DNA of 50,184 bases, filler included, from Sphacelaria rigidula (taxonomy: Eukaryota), in NCBI GenBank assembly GCA_964200075.2. It is 3 parts of 3 records of this genome, joined end to end, with 100 filler letters (N's around TTAATTAATTAA, not from the genome) between each part and the next. Parts side by side here need not be neighbours in the genome. Positions count along the whole stretch, not along the records: positions 1 to 16,664 come from CAXNAA020001285.1; positions 16,765 to 33,425 come from CAXNAA020001286.1; 1 more part is not named here. One strand, written 5' to 3'. Shown piece after piece: positions 9,974 through 20,849 of the stretch (the stretch's first letter is position 1; each line of letters begins with the position of its first letter). The notes beneath the pieces were generated by a model. That model saw only the letters and a program-made list of their open reading frames with translations, searched no databases and was not told where the DNA came from. Made by a program: the position numbers and the translations under genes.

Positions 9974-12900
9974 CAGTGGGGGGCTCTCAGAAGTGCCGGT
10001 TGAATAGTGGCAACGACCTATATAATGACGCTAAAATCTCTGGGCAAAGCCAGAGCTCGCAGTAGTGCCGCCCAGCACTACTGACAGGTGACCCTCAGTA
10101 GTGCCGGTTTGAACGGTTTTGTACCCTCAACAATGCCGGTTCCGGACACACTCACGCACGCCTTACGCCCCACCAACCGAGCACCAGTAGGGGTACAGCA
10201 GGATACGTGCTGGTGCAGACCTTGCAACGCAGGGACACAACATGCCTTGTGCGGAAGGTGAACTGTGCCTGGTGCAGGCCACGACGCCAGAAGGCCGTCA
10301 TGGCCACGGTTGCCAGGGGACATGTGACGGGAGGCTCCACGGTATTTGCGGCAGCATGTTTGACGACAGCAAAATGCACCGCATCTGCAGCAAGTGACTT
10401 CAAAAAAAGGGCAAGCGCACAAAGGTTTCATCCGAGGGTGCTGGACCGGGGTAGTCTACCAGCAGACGCGCGAAAACAGGGAGTGAAGGAGCGTCTCGCG
10501 CCCGGCTCACCATCAAGCAGAAGATGGAGGTCGTGAGGCTCCTGGACCAGCGCGTTTCTCACGAAGAGATCGCTGATCGCTTCGGGTGCGCAGCACGGAC
10601 GGTTCGCAAGATCAAGGCCGAGCGGGAGAAGGTGGAGAAGGAGGCTGCCACAGCAGGCAGAGACGATATGAAAACCGCACGCCAAGGAGACTTTCCCCAG
10701 GTGGGCTACACTGCACTGGCGGCCCCCAGCCTTCTTATTGTTTTTCAAATCGTTTTTTTGGGCTCTGTTTTTTTCATACTGTACAGCAGTGTATGTCTTC
10801 TACTCGTACGTACCTCGGGTCGCCGTACTCGTACACGTTTACTTATCTGGTACTTTTTTAAACAAGACAACCTGGTATTTTTATCTCCGTTTTTGAGGCA
10901 AAAACAAGCTGGAGTAAAAATTATGTGACACTTTCTACAAAACAGTCCAATCTGTACTGCTGCTTTAGGTAATGAATCGAACATATTTCCAGGGCATGAC
11001 ATTTACAACTACAGTAGCATCCTGCACACGCATCGTTTTACTCGTTGGATGAAGCACCCGCCGAGTGGAATGAATTTCAACACCCTCCTGATAAAAAATT
11101 ACAGGTACAATATTATACTTGTACATGTACTGTACTGTAGGTCAACCAAAAAGTAGGTCTGCAACTCAAGTGCAGTAGGTACACATTTCGATTTCTGTTC
11201 GGGGCACAAAACAACTGTACCTCTGCGAGAGATGTGGATGATTGTTCTCGACGGCGCAGTAGTGTATCGCAACAAATATTTTCTTCAATCTACACAATGA
11301 TTTCTCGCCGTTTGGCTCCCAATCATTTGCTGTTTCTTCCCATCAGGTGGATGAAATAGCTCTGGACCTATTCGACAAGGCCAGGAAGGCACCGATCTCC
11401 GTCACGCGCGACGTCACCCGTAGCTTCGGCCGCTCAGCCAAGACCACCCTGCTCAACGACGCAACAATCTCTGCAGATCTCCGGGAGAAGCTCAACGATT
11501 TCAAGGCCGGCGAGAGGTGGGCCCAGAACTTCGTGACACGCAATGGACTATACAGCTCGAAACGTTTTGGTGAAGCTGGCAGCGTGGACACCGAAGCCAT
11601 GAAAGACAAGATCGAAGAAATTAAGGACCTTTGCGCGAAGTTCCCGGCTAATAGCATCTTTAATGTCGACGAGACAGGCATTCGGTGGAAGGTTATACCC
11701 AGGCGCACGTGCCTTTCCAGCTCTGAGAACCAGAAGACAGCGCGGGGCTCCGAGGGCATGACATCCAAGAATCGTTTGTCTGCCACCGTTTGCTGCAACG
11801 CCGATGGTACAGCAAAGGTGGACCTGGCCATGATAGGAAAGTCGAGGGAACCCCGTTGCCTCCGCGGCGTAGAGTGCGCTCTTCCCTACTTCTCAAAGGC
11901 GAATGCATGGTCTGATACCGCGTCGTTCCTCAAGTGGTGGCGGGAGGTCTTCCTAACCTTTGTTCGGCGTTTTACGCACGAACCTGTTCTGCTGCTGATG
12001 GACGGCTGCTCGTCGCACGCGGAGTTGGTGGATGATCGCGGGCAGGTGACCGTCAAGACTTACCCGCCGGGCTGCACAAGCGTACACCAGCCCATGGACC
12101 AGGGGATCATCGCCAAGTTGAAGCTAATGTAAGGGGAAGAGCTACTCGATGTGAAGGCATCGAAAATGTTGGTGGCTGACACACTTCGCGCTCAGGCCGA
12201 GAAGCGCAAAATGAAGGCCGAAACAGTGGGGCCGGCGGAGGGGCATCACCCTCACGTGCGGGACGCCGCTGAACTTCTCAAGAAAGGATGGGCCAGCGTT
12301 TTTGCTCGGGGCATCGCCAGGTAAGGTTTGATCATGTCATGTTCCTGTTCGTGCCAGCGTTTTGAGTGTGCAGCAATGCGCACACCTTCGTGTTCACTGT
12401 ACGCTTTGTTTTTTTACTTCAGTATTGGAAGCCAGTGATTGCCACAAGATCAAGTTTTTCTTCGCTGCTGTCGGCCATCTTTTCTTAACGCACTTGTTCT
12501 ACGTTTCCCTCCCCTCTCCGTGCCTCCTACTGCTCAGGTATTTTGTCAAAGCCAACACGCTCCCGTTGCCGATGGAAGCTGAGCTCACCCAAGCCCACGG
12601 AAAAGCGCGGGACAGTGTCGTCGACCCCGACGTGAAGGCTCTCACGGACGCCGTCAACGCGTTAAGTACGAGCGTGCACAGCGCGCACCAGCAGGGTTGC
12701 CACGTCCAACACGAAGAGATCTGTGACATGTTGGCGAACCTAGACATTACACCAGGACAGCCTGCCGACCGGGAAGTCATGAAAGCCGTTCAGGTTTGGG
12801 GAACCGTGGAGGATGAGGATGACGTGGTAGAGGCCATGCGAACGGACGCGGCGGAGGAACTCACAGTCCTCTTGGACGGGACAGCCAATGGTTGGGACTC

Positions 12901-13882
12901 GGAGGAGGAGCAAGAGGAGGACGAGGAGGATGACGACGAGAGCACGGGGAGCGGGAATGGTGCCCCACCGCCCTAGAGTGAACTCTCGTCTCACTTCGAC
13001 ATCCTGGAGAGGGCAGCGCAGGACAGTGGGAATGCAAACGCAGCCTTGTACCTGTCCAAAGCAAGGGTGGAGATGATTGCAGCGTATGCCAACAAGCGAA
13101 CGCGCCAAGCAGACTTGAGAGAGTTTTTGCCGACGGAATGAGGAGGGAGATGCGGGGGCTAATGCAAGTCATGGATGGTTTTTTTGGTAGTTGCTTTACT
13201 GATGTTGTTTTCTATCGGATAGCCCGTAGCATCTACGCCCGAGCACAGCCACAGGAGAAGTGGTGTCTAGTTTGCTGCATCGGTGTGTTTTGTTTTCGAG
13301 GTCGTTTGTTTCTCTCTTTCCTTGTCTCGGTAGCCGGTAAGAAGTGAAAGGGGGTGTGGTTCATTCTTTCTCGCTCACCCCTTTTGGTGGGCGGTGTACT
13401 CTTTCGTGAGTTTTTTTCCACACCAGATGCCGCACCTTCATAGTTGCGTTGGGCGCAGATCTGTCCTTGTTTTTTTGTCGGGAAGGTCTTTCGGCATGAG
13501 CAACTTTTGTGACCGTACTGCTGCTGTTGTGCTAGGAGGGAAGGAAATGATCAACCTCTGAACAGGATCAATCGAGTTGAATGTGAAGAACAAAAAAATA
13601 TCGAGTTTAGTTCTGCTACCCCGTGACCTTACGTGACGTATCCTATCGAAACCCCTTGAAACAAAGGTCCTCGTCCGTTTTGTGCTTCCGTTGGTCCCAC
13701 AAAGGGCAAGCGTAGTACTGTACGAACGGACGGTGGTCGGTAGTGCCAGAACTGGCACTACTGAGGTATTCAGAGCCCTCAATTGCACCTGTTTTGGCAC
13801 TTTTCAGAGTAGTGCCGGGCTCTCTGAGTAGTGCCGGTGTCCGTGGTGGGCACATACCGGCACTACTGAGAGCCCCCCGCTG
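9974..13882 (+). mobile_element. pogo/Tigger-like (Tc1/mariner superfamily) DNA transposon, full length
   Basis: 27-bp TIRs CAGTGGGGGGCTCTCAGAAGTGCCGGT / CAGCGGGGGGCTCTCAGTAGTGCCGGT. Right flank is TA (left flank AA). Subterminal AGTAGTGCCG repeats. Encloses a transposase gene. Confidence 0.93.
10455..13141 (+). pseudogene. Three-exon pogo transposase (CENP-B-type HTHs plus DD31D domain) with two premature stops
   Basis: Exons ~10455-10700, 11347-12320 and 12538-13141 have in-phase GT-AG introns. Motifs: RLTIKQKMEVV HTH, NVDETG, LLMDGCSSH, HQPMDQG. Stops at 12130 (TAA) and 12974 (TAG). C-terminus QADLREFL. Confidence 0.9.
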
Positions 13883-13896
13883 TAAATATATAGAAT

Positions 13897-13997
13897 TGAC
13901 TGCGGAAGGCGTCCGCATCAGATGCTCAGTACCAATGTACCGCGCAAATATCGAAACGGTATTTAATGTGAAAACAACAACAACAACAACAACAACA
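13897..13997 (+). mobile_element. Short non-LTR retroposon 3' end with (CAA)n tail and 7-bp TSD
   Basis: TSD ATAGAAT (13890-13896, 13998-14004); stem-loop GCGGA-aggcg-TCCGC; (CAA)n tail; homologous to 1835-1937. Confidence 0.78.
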
Positions 13998-14408
13998 ATA
14001 GAATATTTCGAACTCACGAGCGTCAAGCATACTTTGTGACGATGCGTCCACGAAATTCAATGCTAATTTTGGTGTGAAAGTTCCGCCGCACCCGCCCCGG
14101 GAGATGACTGTTCGGGCCAATGTCAACGCTAGGAGTCCGGTTCGCGGATTCGTGCTACAGTTTGTTTGGGGTACACAAGCGTTCGCGACCGTTCGAACGG
14201 ACCCATGATCGCGGTGGTCCTGCAATGTTTCCGGCGATTTATACCGGAATGAGTGTGTAATGTCAACACCCGCCTGCACCCGCCCGCACAGGAGTTTCTC
14301 ACAATGGATATATATATATATATATTGGAATGATGCTAGTAGTACATGTAAGTTTGGCATCTATATAAGATTAAATCTGGCAAACTCGTCCCGCGATGTG
14401 CGTTTTTT

Positions 14409-14610
14409 ATGTAGCGGAGAGTAAGTATCTGACAGTGCACGACGGCGGTATGGGTTCGAACCCTCTTTCGGCTACATGTTTTTTGCTCGTAGTGCGTCAG
14501 TAGAACACTTTTTCTTCAGACCGGGAGTCGAGTTCGAGTCCTGGGTGGGGTATTTTTTCCCTGCTGGTGGTCCCGTACAAGAACACAGTTTTTCTACACC
14601 GGGAGTCGAT
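14409..14610 (+). repeat. Tandem tRNA-like (A-box/B-box) units ending in oligo-T; possible SINE heads or tRNA pseudogenes
   Basis: A-box-like TAGCGGAG (14412), B-box GGTTCGAACCC (14453), then T6. A second unit has B-box GAGTTCGAGTCC (14530) and T6. A third partial unit shares ACCGGGAGTCGA. No complete cloverleaf. Confidence 0.45.
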
Positions 14611-15276
14611 TTATTTTGTCTTCCAGTGCAATCACCGCACTTTCTCTTATCATACATACCCGCGGTCCTATTCCTCATCGCCTCGCACATTTTGTCCCTA
14701 TCATCATATTATCCCTTCCAACTTCCATCAACCAACATCGTCTTCTCTGTAAACAAACACAATAACCTCGAAGGCATCGGTGCGAGTAGAAGGAATACTA
14801 CAGTCGTGCTGCGGTCTTTTTCCTATGCACTTTTCCTCATCGTTCCACCCGCAATCCAGTACTATTTCTCGCGTCTTATTTCTTTCGTATGATTGGTTGA
14901 TTGTCGCACTTTAACTGGCCACCCATGGCTCCAGCCGTGGTCGCATGATGGACGTACCCAAGAAAAGCAAAACTAAAACACTCGTTCAAGAAAACGAAGG
15001 AGCAGAGAAAAGTCGAACAGAATAAGACGTAAATATATATATATATATATATAAGAAAAATAATTTTAAAAATCAGCAGAAGCAAAGCACAGAAAGAGAT
15101 GGCCGACCTGAAAAAAAAAGCAGAAAAAAATGGAACAAAAGAATTAAAAGATGGAAACAGTACAAGGGATTCAGGGCAGCAGACTAGATACAGACACACA
15201 CCAGTGGGCACCGCAGAGCCACCGACTGAGGACATAATCAGCAACCTACACAACATGAAATTGTTACCAATATTTA

Positions 15277-15521
15277 TTTTTCACGAGAGCTTGGGAAGGC
15301 AAGGAATCCGGGACCCTCCATGAAGACGGGCGGGACCGGGGCGCTCTACCATCTTAGATACCCACTTTTGCACGTCGTTCATACCCGCAATCCTGCAGGA
15401 GTTTACGTGTGTTTTTGTTTAATATTCAAAATGAACATTTCGAGAGAGGATCCATTTTTACGAGGGCTTGGCAAGGCAAGAGTACCGAGACCCTCGAAAA
15501 AGACGGACGGGTCCGGAGCGC
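15277..15521 (+). repeat. Diverged ~67-bp direct repeat pair
   Basis: TTTTTCACGAGAGCTTGGGAAGGCAAGG...GGGACCGGGGCGC (~15277) versus TTTTTACGAGGGCTTGGCAAGGCAAG...GGGTCCGGAGCGC (~15455). Confidence 0.7.
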
Positions 15522-15800
15522 AGCCCCGGGTCCCGTGCGGCTTGTATATACGAAGTATACATATATCGTAGTGCCGGTTTTCCGGGGTCCCAGAATGGAG
15601 ACTACTTCGAAAACATGGATCCCGTCGGATAACCCGAAAAACGGTGAAAAACTCAATAAGGGAAAAAATATCGTCCATAGAAAGTTGCGTAATGATACAT
15701 AGCAGATGTGTGCAAAATTCCAGGATCTAACTCCTAACAACGGCGTGGAGGTTTGCGCGTTTGTGGAGGATGTGGGCTTGAAACGTGCAACTCCCAACTA

Positions 15801-16289
15801 GAGTGCGGGGCTCTCAGTAGTGCCGGTATGTACCCACCACGGACACCGGCACTACTCAGAGAGCCCGGCACTACTCTGAAAAGTGCCAAAACAGGTGCAA
15901 TTGAGGGCTCTGAATACCTCAGTAATGCCGGTTAGCCAAACATGCTGCCGCAAATACCGTGGAGCCTCCCGCCACATGTCCCCTGGCAACCGTGGCCATG
16001 ACGGCCTTCTGGCGTCGTGGCCTGCACCAGGCACAGTTCACCTTCGGCACAAGGCATGCTGTGTCCCTACGTTGCAAGGTCTGCACCAGCACGCACCCTG
16101 CTGTACCCCTACTGGTGCTTGGTTGGTGGGGGGCAAGGCGTGCGTGAGTGTGTCCGGAACCGGCACTGTTGAGGGTACAAAACCGTTCAAACCGGCACTA
16201 CGGCGAGCTCTGGCTGTGCCCGGAGATTCTACCGGCATAATATAGGTCGTTGGCACCATTTAACCAGCACTACTGAGAGCCCTCCACTG
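15801..16289 (-). mobile_element. MITE: internal-deletion derivative of the pogo family at 9974-13882
   Basis: TA flanks (15799-15800, 16290-16291) and the same TIRs. It consists of the reverse complement of ~13750-13882 joined to the reverse complement of 9974-~10363. Confidence 0.93.
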
Positions 16290-16664
16290 TACTTGGTTCA
16301 AGTGGGGAAACGTCTTTTCGGGTGAATTTTATGTCGAGGCAAGAAAGACTGTATGAGGTTTTCGAGTCCAGCAAACTTTGTAAATGTGTTACTTGGACTA
16401 TCCCGGAACGCATCATATTATTTTTGCTGTTTTAGGGTCTTCTGTACCGCCTTCCGGAGGTTTTCATACTGGGACTTCCGGAAGCCGATAGAGAACGGAG
16501 AAATCATCAGATTTTGTCATAAATACATTTTTTCCATTATTTGGAGCATCAATAACTACGGATCTGCCAAGTTTGAGGGCGATCTGAGCTTTTCTACAAC
16601 AGATATAGGGGACACCGTCACGATGCTCCCTGGGTCTTTCGGGCGGATCATTAGTGGAATTTAG

Positions 16665-16763
16665 NNNNNNNNNNNNNNNNNNNNNNNNNNNNNNNNNNNN
16701 NNNNNNNNTTAATTAATTAANNNNNNNNNNNNNNNNNNNNNNNNNNNNNNNNNNNNNNNNNNN
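16665..16763. other. Artificial contig linker (N-run, TTAATTAATTAA, N-run)
   Basis: A six-frame-stop 12-mer embedded in Ns. Confidence 0.95.
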
Positions 16764-18240
16764 NCCCGGTTTGTAAGGGTGCCAGGTCCATGGTCTTTTA
16801 TAGACCTTTGGCTGCCATGACCTCGGTCCCCCCCCCCCCCCCTCTCAATCTCACGTTGGCGCCACTCGTACTCATTTTCTGGGCTTTTGTATCATATCTG
16901 AAGGCCGTAGCCCCGACCTCAACAAGGTTTCCGCACTTGCCGACAAGCCCATGCCACAAGATGTTTCTCAATTCTACTCCTTGTTGGAGGAATGAGTTAC
17001 CGTACTGCCGTTGGTACTGGCGAAACCTGACCGAAACAGCGAAACCCCTCATTACCCCTATCAGGATTTTTTGTAGTTATTGTTCACGTCGTCGGAAATG
17101 GCATGAACATGACGTAGCCTGCTCGAAACCCTGTCACGACCTCCGATCTTGGTCTTCCCCGACTCGAAAGCTTTTGATTTCACACGGATTTCTCCGAAAT
17201 TAGGTTCGACTTCACGTTGGATCAACATCAGGAGGATGCTGCTAGTGTTCGCCCCATCGTATATCTAAGTCCGACCCGCAACGGAACGAACAAAGCTGCA
17301 CGGTCACAGAACAAGAGGCGGATACAGTCGATTTCTCTGTCAATATTTGTATGACATCCTGTTTGTGATTCATACGGATCATAAGTCCCTGGATAGACTC
17401 GCTAGTGGCGGGACACAACGCAAGGGCATAACGGTGATTCGAAATCCCGTCGTCTTACAACTTCAAGCTGAGATACCGAGCGGAAACTCAAGGTGAAAAT
17501 GCCGACGTGTTATCTAGATTGCTCGCATCGGCCACCCCCATCGGTGGTTAATGGTCACACGACTAAGGCAAGCAACAAATGAGTACGCCCCCCCATCAAC
17601 CGATCGGCCATGGGGCGCATTATGGATCCCACCGAAGACATCATATGTTTCATTAGCACAGGTGGTCTCCACGACCTCTACACACCACTTGCCACGTTCA
17701 CGGTTTAACGCGCCGGCGTTTGGCACCGGTGGGGCGACGAACTGCTGCTCACGCATCAGCATGACGCAGTTTGCAACCTCGATCGTTGCACTCAGCCTGA
17801 AGTGGATTGCCTGCGAACACCGTGTCCATCACCACTTCCGCGCAACTAGCCAACGCGCAGTTTTGCACAAGCCGTAGAAACGTCCTCGACTGACTTCGTC
17901 CCGCCAAATCTCTCACGAGATTCAATTTTGAGTACAAATCGTGTACGACCGGCCGCCGAGACCTTATTCCTCCTACCCCGGTGCCTGAATCCGTTGTCAC
18001 TCACAAGTCCCTCACGGTCTCGGGCCATCAAATGATACGTGACCGAGGTGGTCCATTCACGATCATGTACCATACATATTGGAAGGGTACTGTGCGTGTC
18101 ACATGGGAATGCGAAGTTGACTTGCGTCACCTTCGACGAGAAATATTGCTGTATTGGGTAGGACATGCCGTGCAACACCGTCCCATGGATGAGGACGCAG
18201 ATCTATGCGCAAGGGAGCGTCGGCACGAGAACTGACGCGG
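16764..18240 (+). pseudogene. Highly degenerate, deleted Ty3/gypsy pol remnant (RT, RNase H, integrase C-terminus and chromodomain), related to the element at 19763-33425
   Basis: Broken frames give HFLGFCIISEGRSPDLNKVSAL (RT), VRPIVYLS, IHTDHKSL and NADVLSRL (RNase H), and SGHQMIRDRGGPFTIMYHTYWKG...TWECEVDL...ILLYW (chromodomain). Confidence 0.8.
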
Positions 18241-18508
18241 GGGCACTCCACACCACGTCGATGTTAAGTGATGCTACGGTAGGGGTAGCACACAAATATT
18301 TTCTGAGGATAGAATCGTTGGGAGCCCTTTATCTCATCCAAACACGACTTATGAAAATATTCGAGAGTTCGCCAGGATTACTATTCCAATGCTCTGAGAA
18401 TACCCCGAATTAATCTGCAAACGGGGATGCCCTGACCCATATTCTTGTGCTTCTAGAATCATTAGGAACCCCTGAACCAGACAACACTTCGCGAAAAAAA
18501 GTGCACCC

Positions 18509-18732
18509 CTACCGTAGCATAGCTCTGTTGTGGAGGACGGCTTTATCGATATCGCCCTCGTCATGAAGCTGGAGACACCAGGACCCGCGGCGGACGGTCG
18601 GCACCTCGGGATGATGGGCGTCGTCCAGACAGATTCTGAGATGGGGCGAGTCATCCAGTGAATAATAAGTAGGACTCGTCGGGTGCAGGGTCAGCCAGAT
18701 GAAGTTTTACCAGTCACCACAGCGAGTCCGAG
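18509..18732 (-). pseudogene. Inverted fragment of the post-chromodomain C-terminal domain of the same Ty3/gypsy family
   Basis: Minus strand reads SDSLW*LVKLHLADPAPDESY, then a frameshift, then LDDSPHLRICL...RRGSWCLQLH. This is homologous to SDNLWWSGQ...YIVRYIDD...RGSWCLQRL at 20920-21095. Confidence 0.75.
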
Positions 18733-18802
18733 AGGGAGAGGAGGAGGGGGGGGGGATACTCATGATCTTGTATGCCGTGGTCATATTACAATTGACCTTG
18801 CA

Positions 18803-19322
18803 TCCCTACAAAGCCGGGACGGAGCACGCCGGGCTTTCGCCGGGCCAGGCTCGTAATCAATCACCAAGCGCGGAGCGCCGTGATGTGTTCGGCGAGTCGC
18901 ATGAAGAGTGAAGTGCCTCCTCCTAAGATTGTTTGGCCTGAGCGTACTGATTATTTTGCATCTAGATAATTGCCTCCAATGAGTTGCTTCATTTCCTGGT
19001 ATTGCTACTTCCACAGATAGCTATGGCTTACACACTGCCTCATGGGTGTCTCACCATTTAAACACTACGTAGCATGATCATCCCCATTGAGTGGAATTGA
19101 GGTTCTCCCACCCTGCACAAGATTAGCTCGACCATCATGGTTACCGTGATGAAAAACGCACAAAAGCAAAACAAAAATGGTCTCCTGGTTGCCTAGCTTA
19201 CGCAGTGAGTGGCGCGTTGTCCAGCGTCAATACCAAGCGACGCCAACCCCGTAGGGACCGTAGGGATCCGTCCCTACAAAGCCGGGACGGAGCACGTCGG
19301 GTTGCCGCCGGGCGAGGCTAGT
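18803..19322 (+). repeat. Two ~52-bp copies of a hairpin-rich, Helitron-like 3' terminus
   Basis: TCCCTACAAAGCCGGGACGGAGCACGYCGGG...CGCCGGGC-AGGCTCG|T (18803-18854) and ...AGGCTAG|T (19271-19322). Confidence 0.55.
18921..19073 (+). repeat. Dispersed repeat fragment, homologous to 33527-33673
   Basis: Shared CAATGAGTTGCTT...CTGGTAT...CCTCATGGGTGTC...AAACACTACGTAGC. Confidence 0.75.
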
Positions 19323-19762
19323 CTACGATAGGGGGTCGGGGGGGGGGGTTGCTTTTACGAAAAACAGAGCTAACTAGTGTGTCAGGCGATCCAACACGCT
19401 GCCGGTGCGCTTGTTCTTAGGGTTGAAACGATGTCAGTCACCACGAATGAGCGTTATTTATCGGTAACAAGCGCGTTTGAAGAACCGTTGCTGCTTTGAA
19501 CGACGATCTGAAGTGGAATTTCGTGGAAGAAATGGTCTGAAAGTATCATACATATGGCGTGTGCGCGCAATTATATCTTCAGTTCGTTGGCAATTTATAA
19601 TTGCATTTGCCTTCTGACAAAGGTAGACTCATAAGTGGGCTTCGGGAACTGCAATGACACGGAGGTCCATGAATTAAAGCTTCAAATGGAAGACGAGGAC
19701 TCATTAAGTGCACGCAAATACTCAACCAACTAAAGAAAAAGCCTTGAGACACACAACCAACG

Positions 19763-20242
19763 TGTATTGAAGAGCTGTAGTGCTATATTGCAAGGACACA
19801 GCTTGCAACCCAGGGCACAAGCTTACGAGGCAAGCGCACAACCGTCAGGCTGCTACAGCTTGCAGATGCTGCACACGGACTCAGCAACCAAATGTTAGAC
19901 AAGTGTTTCACGCGATGGTTCTTAACTTCTCCTTGATTGTCGTGTTTCTAACTCCAGTATCCAATCAATCAATCCAACCCAAATATGTCTCACCGATGCT
20001 CAGACTTCTTTCTGCTAGGAAGCAGGCGTGGAGCAGTAGATAGTGAGAAGGGTAGGCGAGCCAGATCTGCTGGAGCCGATCTGGCTGTCGCCATCTCTTA
20101 CCATATACAAGCTCATATTCGTACTCGACCAACTCTGAACAAACCTGCAGTCTTGGCTACCGAAACATCAGAAAGCACATAGCCAGACTCGACAAAGGGT
20201 CTGAAGCGGCATGACAACAGGCTTACATGCGTCTTCATGACA
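19763..20242 (-). repeat. 3' LTR (~480 bp; inner boundary inferred)
   Basis: Imperfect terminal inverted repeat TGTATTGAAGA / TCTTCATGACA. The adjacent minus-strand GGGTGGGTTAG resembles a PPT. Confidence 0.65.
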
Positions 20243-20849
20243 CTAACCCACCCAGACAAACCTTTATTACAGCTGCGAGGATTTATCCTCAACGCAGCGA
20301 AAACGAAGGTTTTTCATTACTCGTAAAGTCATGAGCGGCTAATAAAGCATACCTAAAGGAACACTCCCGTAACCAACACTCCCGTACCAACAATCCTGTA
20401 CCCACTCCCACACCTCAAAAGAAGGGAAGCATAGACTGCTTCGAGGAGCATAAAAAACTGCTCCGAAACGCGGAAGCACAAACTGCTTCTGCGTACTAGC
20501 GATCAACGAAGAAGCACAAATTGCTTCGGCGTCCTCGCAAAATTTAAGAGGGGAAAACAGGGAGGTACAACAGGGAGCAGAGCTCCAACCTGGGGGAATT
20601 TAAAGGTGCTAAAAACTGCAAGATCGGAAATCTGATAATCGCTGATCCCGCGAGATCGAGCGCCAGTTGAAGGGGATACTATAGCTCCAGTAGTCGTAGG
20701 TAGTAGTTGTCTCCGTAATCTTGATCGTCGTCCGATGTAGGTCGCGCTGTTGTTGTGCCGTAGAAGAGGATCCTGGTGGAGAAGGGAGGGCAGACAATGC
20801 TTACGAAAAAAATGGGGGTGGGGCAACAGTCGCGACAAAGAAGCGTGGT

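Larger units (their letters stand above)
9457..14308 (-). mobile_element. Putative non-autonomous Helitron-like host element (~0.8 kb net) carrying the pogo and retroposon insertions
   Basis: On the minus strand it starts A|TC next to a (TA)n run (14308) and ends CCAGCTCG|T (9457). It has an internal palindrome (9498-9779), and palindromic halves flank the pogo insertion. No TSD. Boundaries are inferred. Confidence 0.4.

Noticed and set aside
9974-13882. Domesticated TIGD/CENP-B-like host gene
   Set aside because: Intact TIRs, a derived MITE and two nonsense mutations indicate a decayed transposon.
14409-14552. Functional tRNA genes
   Set aside because: Only A- and B-box-like motifs are present; no consistent acceptor, D or anticodon arms.
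16709-16720. TTAATTAATTAA as a biological motif (also at 33470-33481)
   Set aside because: It is embedded in N-runs and is a standard six-frame-stop linker used to concatenate contigs.
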